This document shows positions 1-11,610 of a DNA stretch of 64,000 nt, one piece after another (positions within the stretch are counted from its first letter, which is position 1; each line of letters begins with the position of its first letter). A model generated the notes under the pieces. The model searched no databases. It saw only the letters and a program-made list of their open reading frames with translations, and was not told the DNA's origin. A program made the translations under genes and the position numbers. The DNA is taken from positions 39,930,001 through 39,994,000 of the forward strand of contig OZ076409.1 in assembly GCA_964187785.1 (NCBI GenBank), given 5' to 3'. The stretch comes from Amphiscolops sp. MND2022 (Eukaryota).

Positions 1-3000
1 TTGGACCCTCTAGTCCTCTCTCACCATTATTGCTGAGTCAACTTCCTCCTCAAAATCTGATGTGGTGAACTTTAGGCCTGGGTCTACTTCTGAAACACCC
101 TTTATTTTGTCTACAATGTTACTTTTTACCGTGTTCGGTTCTCGTCCATACAATTTTCCAAATGGTGACTTTCCGTCCGTTTTTTCTCCCATTCTTAGCG
201 CGTATAATATTTCCGACAAACCCGATTTGCCTCTTTTTAAGACAATGTTTTTATTCGTTCGTTAACGTTCGTTTATAGTCCGGATAAGTCGCTCGATTGT
301 ACCGTTTTCCCCGTGGACGCACTGGACAGGTTAATCGATTTATTTGGAAATTAAGACCAAATGTTTTGAGTTCTTCGCTAATAAATACAGTGCCCGAATC
401 GGATCTAATTTGCTTTGGTATACCGTACTGTGATATGTAGTTTTTTAAAAATTCGATTACTTTCTTGGGTGTTGGTTTATGTAAAAATAGGGCGTCGGGC
501 CATGCGAAAAAAATATCTATGGTTACTAGCAAGTATTTTTTTCCCGTAATCTGCTTTTTGAAAAGGACCCGCAAAATCCAGTGCTTTTTCGTGGTTAGGT
601 TTTTCAGATTTTGGAATTTTCCCGGATTGTTTCTGTTTTAGTAAATGTTTAATGTTTTTACCTGCTGGGTTGCACTGATCGCAACTTTTTGCAGTGGTTA
701 CCACTTTGCAGTGGAGTTTGGGCCACCAGATGTCTGAGATGTACCGTGACATGGTATCTCTACCAGGGTGTCCGTAAAGAATTGAGCTCATATTCGAAGC
801 GCGTAAATTTGTCGGGATTACTAATCGTTCGTCCATGTACAGATAAATTCTCCTGTCAACGCTAAACGAATCCAATTTTTCGCGCCAGGGTTCAAGCAAC
901 CGAGAGAGTTTTGCTCCTTTCTTCATTTTCACCAATTGGACTACTTTTTGGAGCATTTTGTCCGCTTCGTAATTTGCAGGTAAGAACGAATCGTTAATTT
1001 TATCAATAACTTCTGACGTGTTATTCAGCATATTTTTCTGATTTTCTCGCTCACTTACTTCATTTAGGTTCGGTACCGCACTGATTTTCTGCTCGTTCCG
1101 CCGCGTGTAACTTTCCTGCGATCTGATTGGTTGATTACCTTTTCGTTCTCTTGCTTACTCAGCAAGCTGTACGTCTTGCTCGCTTTCCACTCTCAATACC
1201 GAATCAGGCGCACGCGGCAGTTTCATCGATTTTGGCATCTCCAGTGGACTTGTCTCATTTTCTGAAATAGCATCAGTTTTTGAGATTGTATTTACAGTGA
1301 ACCAGTCGTTCCATAGTTTTTCAGATTTGACCACGTTTCTTTTCATTTCGCTCGGGTGTCGTGATAGATAATCTGCGAAGCCTAATACTCTACCTGGTGC
1401 ATGAATAACTTCAAATTCGAATGGTAGTAGTCTATCCACCTATCTTCTTAAGCAGCTAGAGAATGTTTTATTACTTCTATTCGGTTTTAGCACTGATGCC
1501 TACGCTTATTGGTCCGAAATGACTTTAAATTTGACGCCGTACACATAGTTTTCAAAATATTCGATCGTCCAAACTACAGCTAGTAGTTCCAATTCATTAA
1601 TAGAGTATTTGGATTCAAAACGTGTCAAAAATCTAGACGCAAATGACACTAGTTTCCATTTTTGGTTATTTTGGTGTTGCTGAAGTACCGCCCCTAATCC
1701 TTGATTACTCGCGTCGCAGATAATTCGCACTTTCTTATCTCTTTGAAAATGTGTCAGTCTTGTTATTCTTTTAACTTCTTGGTTAATCTTTAAAAATGCC
1801 TTCTCGTGTCCATTCCCACTCAGCTTCTTTTTTTATTATTGTTCTAAATGGTGCACAATTGTTAGCCAGGTCTGGTACAAATTTCTTCAATTGGTTAACT
1901 GCTCCCAGAAATGACCTCAATTCTCTCAAATTACCCGGGCGTAAACTTTCTGTGATTCCTTGCACTTTGCCATTTGCCGGGGAGATGCCTTCCCCTGACC
2001 GCTCATATCCCAACCATTCTCTTTTTGTACAAGCTATTTTACATTTGTCTGCTCTCAATTGCAATTTCGCACTATCTAACACTTTCAACTCTTCCAGGAT
2101 TTTTGCATATGTACATTTTTTTCACCTTTTGTAGCTATTAGGATATCATCTATAAACACAAATGTACAGTCCATATTTACAAGGGTTGTATACATTAGTG
2201 TTTGAAATCCGTAGTGTCCGGTTATGAATCGATAGATGCCAGTTTTCCGCCGATAAGTTGAAAGTTACAGTGTTTGGCAGTGCCTTCATCCGTTGGTACT
2301 TGTCAATACGCATATTTCATGTCGACTGAGGAATACCATACTTTTTTCTTCTTTTCCGTCAAGTGTTTCGGCGATCATGTCCATTAAATTTTCTAAATTC
2401 GGCATTTGATACTTGTCTTTTGCAATTGAGTTATTTAACGCTCTTGCGTCTAATGCTGTTTTCACAGAACGGTCTTTTTTACAGTTATCACTACCGGTTG
2501 TATGAAAACATCATCTTTTATCGTATCCACGTTTTCAATATGTCCTTGTTCGAGCAGATTTTTATCTTCTTTATCTACTTGGTCTTGCAATTGTAATGGT
2601 ATTCTACGTCCTTTCTGCTGGGTTGCGCGAGTACCGTCTTTCATGTTAGTTTTAATTTTGTAATTGTTTACTCTACCGCGACTCTTGAACAAATTTTGAA
2701 ACTCTTCAACTAATTGCTCCACGTCTGGACTTAGCTTAATCTCAGGATCTGCGCTCTCGCAGGAAATGATAAATACAGTATTCTCACCCTGTGTCATTGG
2801 CTGTTCAATTTTGTATTTGAGTGCTGTGAGCCAATCACGACCGACAATTGATTTTGCTCCTTTCTTCGCAACAAGCACTCTCGCCTTCCACATTTTCGTT
2901 TTTCCCACTTGGATACTGAAGAACATATATCCCAACAGCGGCAGGGGACATATATCTTTCATCGTCGATCATCTTTGCAACTACTACCCAATATTTGTCA

Positions 3001-4273
3001 ATGATGCGCTCCAGTTCCTCTATTGTAAATATAGACACGGGCAAGCCAGTGTCAATGATAGCCTGGAATTTCTTTCCACACATCAGGCCTTCCATCATGA
3101 ACGGTTTTGCTCCTGCACCATTCACCTGCAAAACTATTGAGTCATCATCCCAGTCGTCAGATTCTTCAGATATGTAGATCACTTTTGACATCTCTCTCCG
3201 TCTTTTCTGCAATCTCTGCTTCATTTGCTTTCTTTTTTCGTATATTTTTGATTACAGCATTTTTCAAGGTGGCCAATGATGTCACATAACTCACATTTAT
3301 GGTTGGTGGCCGGGCATTTCTTTATCTGGTCTGTCGTGAAGTTTCCTACTCCACAATGAAAACATTCTCTCTTGTTGACCCTTTCCGTCGCACATACCGG
3401 TTCGCTCTTGATTGTTGGCACTTTTGAACTTTCTGCCACTCCTATCCCCTCGGTCGTCTTTTGTCTCTTGACACCTTCGTCATAGGAAATGGCATATTGC
3501 AGGGCCTCTTGAGGGTCATTGAAGGGTCCAACACAAAACTTCTCTTGGACTTTCTTTTTGTTCATATTTAAAGTGAACACATCATGCACCAACGTTTTGG
3601 GTTATATCGCCCAGTTCCCATCTAGACGCCGGTCTATTGAGTGCGTGCCAGAATTGTTGTAGTGACTCGTTACTTTGCTGTTTTCTAGGTAGGAATTGGT
3701 GTCTATCTAGTGTTCTATTACGTGCCACGTGGAAGCAATTTCTACTTCTTTTAATCATATCCCGGACTCCCAATGTCCAAACTGATAGATCCGGGTGTTT
3801 ATCTTTAAACATCTTCCTAGCGGGTTCTCCCACTGGAAGGAATAGCCAAGTCACGACATTTTTCTCCGCCGCTTCTTCTGCCATATCCCCGATAAGTGCC
3901 TTTATCCTGGGACTGTTCGCATCCGTGGTTCTTGTCAGCTCGTCTATGGAGATTGAATACTTTGCCATCACTGCTACGGCGAACAAGTCGAACCATCGTT
4001 TCCATTCCATTAACGGGGATCAGGCCAGGTAAAAGTGAAGGGTTCTCTTTTTGTAATGACGCAGTAGAAGTTTTTCGCAGCGCCATGTTACAGACTACTG
4101 AGAAGCAAGTAAAGAAGAGAGAAGGGAGATATAATGTATTGCAAACTGTATCTCGAATCGAAGGCAACCGCAACTAAATATTATGTTAGGTAACTCATTC
4201 TAGCAATTGTGACAGGTGTTGGTAAATACTATCTTGAATTCACATTTAACTTCTCTTTTTGTACTCTGTCACA
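1..4273 (-). mobile_element. Decayed Ty3/Gypsy LTR retrotransposon (gag-PR-RT-RNaseH-IN in fragments), running off the left edge of the window
   Basis: Fragmented minus-strand ORFs in Gypsy order: gag with Zn knuckles (CFHCGVGNF..C, CELCDIIGHLEKCC), protease IIDTG, RT, RNase H (CDAS, ELELLAVVW, ADYLSR), integrase (GHPG..CDQC, LDFAGP, SDSG). Many stops and frameshifts. Confidence 0.93.
4086..4273 (-). repeat. 5' LTR (~188 bp) of the left Gypsy; PBS TGGCGCTGCGA at 4075-4085 overlaps the gag ATG
   Basis: Ends TGTTACAGA...TCTGTCACA form an imperfect inverted repeat. On the minus strand the LTR is followed directly by TGG. Confidence 0.7.
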
Positions 4274-4440
4274 GATGATGATGATGATTTTGATTGTTAT
4301 TATTATGTAACGCCTTCTTAAAAATCAAAGTGTACAGAAGAGTTCATTTATCAGCATAGATTTGAAGGTTTGAAAAAAGGCCCAAAGTCATTCAGGGAAT
4401 GAAATATAAAACTTGGCACCCAATTCCCAGAAACTTGCCA

Positions 4441-5455
4441 ATACTTGTTGCTGATGCCTCTCACAACAATCTTGCTTTCTTTTGACTGTTCTTCATTCAG
4501 AAGTCCTAATGATACCATTGCTTCCTGTTGATTCTAGATACAAGTAAAGTGGAAATGAGGAGTCCTTCAAGGCATAAAATTTTCGTTTCCGATCTGCAAA
4601 CCATAGTACCTCGCACATGAACTAACCTGATGTTTATCATTCGATAAATCTAAATGAACTGCTTTGTTGTGTACTGTTTGTAGATTTCTGTGCCAGTGGT
4701 CACTGTTATTGAGTGAGACCGTTAAAGATCATACATTCATGTAGACGGCAGAGTAGCTGCCAGCCATTTTAATTAAATAGAAGCCTGTAGATTCGTGATC
4801 GATCGTTAAGTATACATAGCTTACACGAAAGAATATAGTCCTACAAATCAGTTTTTCTTTAGAATTATACGATTCGTTAGACTACAACATGGCGCAGTCA
4901 GACTAGAAGATGGAAAATAACAAATCATCTGATAGTACAAGCACCTCAAACGGAGAAAGCAAACTCAGAACGCGGAAGCGCAAGAAACGAAAAAACGTAT
5001 CGAAAAGTTACACTCCCGTCATTTGACAAAAGAGGGATACAAGAAGCCAAACTATGGTTGCGAAGATTTACGCAGAATATCGAAACGACATAACACATCG
5101 ACTTGAACGAAATGACAACAGACCGGGATATACTGCAACAATGCCGTGACAATTTGGAACACCGAATCAAAATCCATATTACATGGGAACTGGGAGAATC
5201 AGCTATACCGGAGACCACAAGAACTCCATTAGAGACAACGATCCGAATAAAATGGTCGATAAACATCAGGTTAGTTCATGTGCGAGTTACTATGGTTTGC
5301 AGATCGGAAACGAAAATTTTATGCCTTGAAGGACTCCTCATTTCCACTTTACGTGTATCTAGAATCAAAAGGAAGCAATGGTATCATAAGGACTTCTGAA
5401 TGAAGAACAGTCAAAAGAAAGCAAGATTGTTGTGAGAGGCATCAGCAACAAGTAT
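4441..5455. repeat. ~198-bp inverted repeat pair (4441-4638 and 5258-5455)
   Basis: Direct reverse-complement match with only a few mismatches. Confidence 0.95.
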
Positions 5456-6990
5456 CTTTGACTTTTGGTTACTTTTCTTACCGGAACGAAATAAAATCCA
5501 CAGTCACGAAAACTTCTTTGGAATAACTGCAGAGAAAAATGAAATTGCCGACGACGTCTGGACAAGAATCCTACAGGTAGAAAAGAAATGCGAATTTGAA
5601 ACTAAGACTCCAGCTCTGCTGATAGCCTCAATTTTTCTATCATTACGTGAATGTTCAACCTGTGATTACGAAACAAAGGAAAAAACGGAAGAGCATTTTG
5701 ACAATGGAAAGTATCACAGAGCCAACACAGGAGTATATATATGTACGACCGGCTCAACGGTTGAAACAGTTCCAACGACGGTAAAGGAAAACAACATGTA
5801 CAAGCACGACAGTACAAAAGAAAATGGTCAGGAAAGTCCACTCAAGAAACTCCAAGAATGAAACTGGACAATCAAACAACTGAATACAAAAACAACTGTT
5901 GCGGACAATGTGGCGAACCAAATTGGTTAAGACAGCATATCCGCCACGTAAAGTAGGCAGAAGGCAGACACTGTAAAAGAAGAAGATTTTACGAAAAGAT
6001 GTGCAGATCATTAAAGAAAGCACAGTACATTGAATGAAAGACCTCATCAGCAGAAAAAAACAATTGGGATTTCAACAAAGTCAGAACTATACACAACAAT
6101 AAACGAAGAAAGAATTTTACAATGCGGTGCTAGTGGTCAACGAAGTACCGATCAAATTCATTATAATACTGTATGTCACCAGTTACTTTATTTCCAAATT
6201 GTTTGTTCGAAAATAAAACTAACGCGGAATCTTCAGACACCACAAAAAAGTAAACAGCCAAACGATCGATTTCACTGGACAGACGCATGCAATGGTAACA
6301 ACAAAGAAAAACAAAGAAAGAGACTTGCTTTTTTCAACAACCAAAACAGTAATATCACCCTTATTTGTATTAGTTTGGATGCAACTGCTGAAAAACAACA
6401 GTGTAATACATAGTCACAGATACAATTGGACAAAACGGAAAAGAAAATAATCCATTCATAGAACGAATTTGAAAATATCTTCTATAAAAACAAAAAAGTC
6501 TTCTAGTGAATATCAATCTGTGGAAAGGTGCACAAGAAATACAACAGACGGGACGACCAACGCCAATACACATTCAGGAACAAGTAGTGAAGAAGTTGAA
6601 ACGAATAATAGAAAACTGATTTTCGGAAAGACAAACCGAAATAACAGAAGAGTGCCTCACGAACCCCGCAGTGTTTACATTAAAGAAAGATATGTCAATA
6701 AAAATTGCACAAGAAATTGAAACGAAGTAAGGATGTAGAGAAAACTTCAAATGCCAAAATTATAGGTACAACAAAAAAAATATCCGAAAGCTAAGACAGC
6801 AAAATATTGGCAACAAAACTGGATTCTGAATATGCATACGGAAAAAGAAAATTGGAACAAAGCTTTCATGCGTTTTCATCACAGGCGAAGAATATACAAG
6901 AGCCTACTGTTTCCTCAAAAGATTCTACAAAATTGACGGATATCCCATCAGTTTGCAAGACCGGATGGTTAAAGTTAGGGAACAGAAACA
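4665..6990 (+). mobile_element. Second, heavily decayed Gypsy-like element (LTR 4665-4889, PBS TGGCGCAGTC, gag to partial RT)
   Basis: TGTTGT...ACAACA LTR followed by TGG. Gag-like remnants (NEMTTDRDIL, WELGESAI, PERNK..FFGIT) and an RT remnant (KLDSEYAYG). Confidence 0.7.
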
Positions 6991-7079
6991 CCCAGCTTGG
7001 CTCTATGTCATAGTCAAAGTAACCGACCTAAGTGCCTACGAAAGTAACTACATCTAAGTTGTAAAGGCGTGGCAAATTT

Positions 7080-8450
7080 GGTCAAATCCAGAGGACCTTA
7101 TGATATACTTTGTTTTTTTTTCCAAAAGTTGGCTGACTTTTGAGTCACGACCTGCACTTGATCTTTAAAGCGATGAACGGAACAAAGACGATAACTTGGT
7201 CCAGTAACACTCATTCACAAGCAAGAATATAAATATATTGTCGACAACTACAGACCAGTTACCTTTTGATTTTTTTGAGCAAAGTACTTGAGATATGTAT
7301 GTATGAATCTCTGTATGAAACTTGTGTGAGCCATATCACAAATTCTCAACATGGATTCATCAGGAGAAGGTCTGTACTAATAAACAAGCTGCGCTATCTC
7401 AATGCCTTTGCCAAAGCATTCGACCTCAACATGTACCTTTGGAAAACTGGCGAACATCGGCGCCGGTGGTTGCTTCCTGAGATTAAAAATTTACCTGCCA
7501 GGTTTTTCCAGTGGAAAATTGTAAACACTTAGTCCGAATAGGATAGGGGAACATCCGGTGGTCAAACCTGGATATAAGAAGCTGTGTGCCACATGGATCC
7601 ATCATCGGGCCTCTGCTGTGTTTTCGGGGCCTCCGCCAGAAAACTTTCACAACTTCTACATTCTCCTGTTTGTTGACGACTTAAAAATAATCACTACAAA
7701 TACGGCCCATGTAAAACTTTCCCTGGATCGGAAGTGTCTTGAAAACGGAACGAAGACAATGGAATGAACTTTGCCATAGATAAGAACGGCTTTCTAGAGT
7801 TCCGTTGTGATGACGCTACGTTTGTCTTTAACTATGAACTTTTTGAACAAGTAGGAGTGTTGAGGAACCGAAATGATCTGACCTGGAGTACTCACTTAGA
7901 AGAAAAATTGAGTGAGGCCGTATTGCTACTTCATTATGTTGAGCGGAACCATTGACTCTTTGCTCATCCAAAATTATGTCGCGTCAAAATTGTGATCTTA
8001 CCCATAATCAGTAATGCCTCCCCGTGCATTCACCTCACGAAAGCTTGAAACATTCCACAAATGTGTGCTGAAATGGGTACTAAACCACTATGCTTCGATT
8101 TATCAAACTCTTTTATCAAGAGTTACGTTTCGCTCGCTAAGAGTTCATTATTTATCAAAAACTCTTGAAAAAATTCCCCTTTGGTGTTCAAAATTCCTCT
8201 GCTGCGATACGTTTTTTTGTAGAGACATTGCCCAAAATGAAAAAGGTCTCCGACCTCCAACTATCTATAAAACGTACCAAAAATACCTTCGAACAAACTA
8301 TTGGCTCAAACCCGAAAGTCTGGTTTTGTGAGGACGATATTGATATCGGATAACCTCGGTTTCTGCAACTACTTCTATCGGAGACAAAGATGCTTCCGCT
8401 ATAACTCTTTTTCCAAATATTAAAATTACTAGAACTCTTCAACTTTCATC
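7080..8450 (+). pseudogene. Decayed LINE (CR1/L2/Jockey-type) reverse transcriptase
   Basis: Motifs NYRPV, LSKVLE, SQHGF, VPHGSIIGPLL, LLFVDDLKI and DLTWSTH are spread over several frames. Confidence 0.85.
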
Positions 8451-8715
8451 ATTGTAAACAAAGTGACTTCAAGCTATAGGAAACAAAATAATGTGGAGGA
8501 ACAAGGTTCCTTAAATTATTACTCCTAATAGAACCAGAAAAAACCCGAACTGTGTTCTGCCTCAGTACATGCTGACACGTAAACAAACTACCGTACAGTG
8601 TAGATTTCTTCAATCCTGTTGAACTTAAATTTGGTATGGAACCAGTTTGTAGAAAACCAATTTGTAGAAATTATCAAATTCAAGAAAAAAACAGTAAGAC
8701 CAATAATGTATGAAT

Positions 8716-11394
8716 CAGAGTTCTCAATTCCAATCCCAATTCTCAAATCCAATTCCAATTCCTGGCTGCTCAATTCTAATTACAATCAACTTCGCTACAT
8801 TCCAATTCCAATTCTAATGCTCGATTTTTGACCAAATGGAAGTGATTTTTTCATTCACCTAGTTTAATTTTCAATGATTCAAAAATTGTGTTCAAATTTT
8901 CATTGATTTATTTTTACATGCAATGTATATTGTTTGTACTGTGTTGTAGTTATAGATCTATGCTTTGGGAGGAAATGCTAATGCTAATCATACTACTGGC
9001 ATTGAAAACCAAGACGTTTTTGAATACTGCGTGAACACTTCTTCTACAAACCTTTAAAACAAGTTTTATTCGGTACAATTTATTATTGACCGGAAACCGC
9101 AGTTCGCAATAGCACTAATTGCGAGGAACTATCAAGAGCGGTAATTCTGGCACTCGGGCCATGTGGAAGCATTGCACTGCCTGTATCACGTATGAAACGA
9201 TCAGCAGATCAAAATATTTTGCCGTTTGAGACCGCGAAAAGGTGTGTCACAGAGAGAGGCTTGGATCAGGTAGCTGCGCTAGTTTATGAGGATGGCGTTT
9301 CTATAAATACTGTGGTAAAGTCGCTAACCCTCCAGAAATTTTATGCGAAGATGGGCTCTTGTAAAGTCACCTTTGGTAGTGTAAATGCCTCCCTTGAAAG
9401 GCAAAACCATTTTTTGCTAAAGATAAGAAAGGTAATAACTAAGAGAAACAATAGGCAGCTATTGTCAATGTCATTTGATGAATGGACCTCACTTGATAGA
9501 AAGAAGTTTATAGGAGTATACATCCACAGTGAGAAGGTTAAAATATCTTTGGGAATGATTAAGTACACCGGTTTTTGAGGGTCTGAAGAGATTGCTACAA
9601 ATAAGGAATTTGATATCCACATTTGGATTAATGCCTTCAGATATTTAATTTTGCACTACTGTTTGTATTGCTGATGTACAGGCCGCATTGGCTGTTGTTG
9701 GGTGGTACAACTTTCCGTGTCTTGCACATGATAAATCTAATTGTTAAAAGATTTGTGTTCTTGATTGTTGAGTCTACGGATGAAAATTAAGATTTTTCCG
9801 ATGACGATGAGGATCTAGTAGTAAACCAGTTTTCTTTTGTTGTAATTATTGCCCGACATTGTGTACGCGAAGTTCTATCAACTACGAGCTTGCAGGAGAT
9901 ATTACACGACCTGCAAGCTAGCTTGAAAGAAGAACCAGCAAAAATATTCGAAGAAAATTGTACAAGGAGGAAGTCACTGCTGATGATGTTGAATCGATTC
10001 TACAGGTTGAAGGGCTTACGGCAATAAAGTCGAATTTCGACTCGTCGATTGAATATTGTAGATAAACAACGTCGAATGAATAGCATAGAATTTACCGAAA
10101 AGATTTGAGTCGAATTCTTGTCGAATTTGGTCGAAAATAAACTTTTAGGTTTTAAAAAATATTTCAGGTACTTTTACCTATCTAATATGGGGTCATATAC
10201 TGTGTATGCACGCTCATCCGCACCATCGCGAAGACCAGCTCCCACTACGATTGCTTCGCGATCTCCATTCCCGGTAGGTCTTTGCTCCTGCTCGACCTCG
10301 CTTAGCAAGATGGGAACATAAGCGGGGCCCCAACGGGCCGCGCGGCACTAGAAGAAATTGGGCATCTCCGACGGCCAAAACATTGTTTGACTATTTTACA
10401 TTTGCATTAACATCAACGCAATTACTTCGACATAAGTCCGTCGACGATGGTACTTCGACGCTAGTTGTACGCTTCAAATTCGTCTTTAGTTGTTCGACTT
10501 TATTGCTGGACACTGGTTGAAGCATGTTCTTCGAATTATAATGTCGTTGGATATTCTGCAAGATGACTTCGATTGGAAGAATGTTGCTGAACTAATACAA
10601 ATCTTGACTTCGCTGAAGGAACTTACTACAAGTCTAGAAGGAGGTTTTGCTGACGTGTCACTTGCAATTAAGTCAATTTACTTTCTGTTCCGATTATATA
10701 GATCGCAGTCAGCTCTCTCAAATCAAATTCAGCAAATTTTTCTAAGTGCCTAATAGCAATGCTGCGGCAAATGCAAAAAATTTCCAGTGAGTTCTACGAC
10801 GCTATTAAACATTATGTTGCCTCACAGACCACAATGCGGGATCCGTCGAGTGACCATGGCTATAATGAGCGTGCTAACTTATCATTTGCTGATTTTGTAT
10901 CGCAACTTTGACCTAAGCAACTTGCAGCAAATATCCGCCGACGTTGAGTGAATCTTTTCTTTTGGGAGGATATAAAGGAACTTTCTGCAGAGACGAATAT
11001 TTGGTGTAAACCACTCCAGGAATGTATTTTTGTAGAACATTTTTCTCCTTAAGTTGATATAAACAATGTTGATAACATCATACGTTCTCTAATTTACCCA
11101 ATTTTCTGCTGCATATTTTGATTAGGTTATTTATTAACCAGTGATTATTTTCTAGTTTTGCTACATTTCTCCTGAAAACGATTGTATTCACTTGTTCTTT
11201 GATTTCAGGGCCTGTGTGGTTGTCTGGGGTCGATTTGAGCGGTTGCATGAGATTCTATGTAAAAAAGGTATGTAAGTCATGTCGGGTGAAATCAATTCCA
11301 ATTCTAATTCCCAGCAACGGAATTGATTCAATTCCAAATCCTGCTTTGAAAAATCAATTCAAACTTTTAAAAGTAGGAGTAATTGAAAACCCTG
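8716..11394 (+). mobile_element. Decayed hAT DNA transposon
   Basis: TIRs CAGAGTTCTCAATT / AATTGAAAACCCTG, subterminal CAATTC repeats, transposase motifs SFDEWTS (DxWT) and FPCLAH (CxxH). Putative 8-bp TSD is degenerate (gtatgaat/ataggatt). Confidence 0.8.
10013..10515. mobile_element. MITE nested in the hAT transposase, carrying cassette type 1 (~10185-10375)
   Basis: TIR core GCAATAAAGTCGAA / TTCGACTTTATTGC, flanking duplication GTTGAAG (10006-10012, 10516-10522), and GTCGA-rich subtermini. Confidence 0.75.
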
Positions 11395-11404
11395 ATAGGA
11401 TTGA

Positions 11405-11610
11405 TGTAAAGTATAAAACGTGCCTCGGGTATGTCTCCATTTCCTCAAGTGCCCGCGGCCCGTTGGGGTCGCTCATGTTCCCATTCACATTAACTCATGG
11501 GAATTCACATGTTCCCTTTCACATCCGCTCATGTTGGAATTCACAACAACTCAATGTTGCTACTTGGCCAAGGGAGCGAAGCCATCGAACCGTAAAACAA
11601 ATTTGCTAAG
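11405..11610 (-). repeat. Chimeric copy of the structured cassette (type 1 half joined to type 2 half)
   Basis: 11405-11485 is the reverse complement of ~15385-15470. 11551-11608 matches ~39761-39818. Confidence 0.8.
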
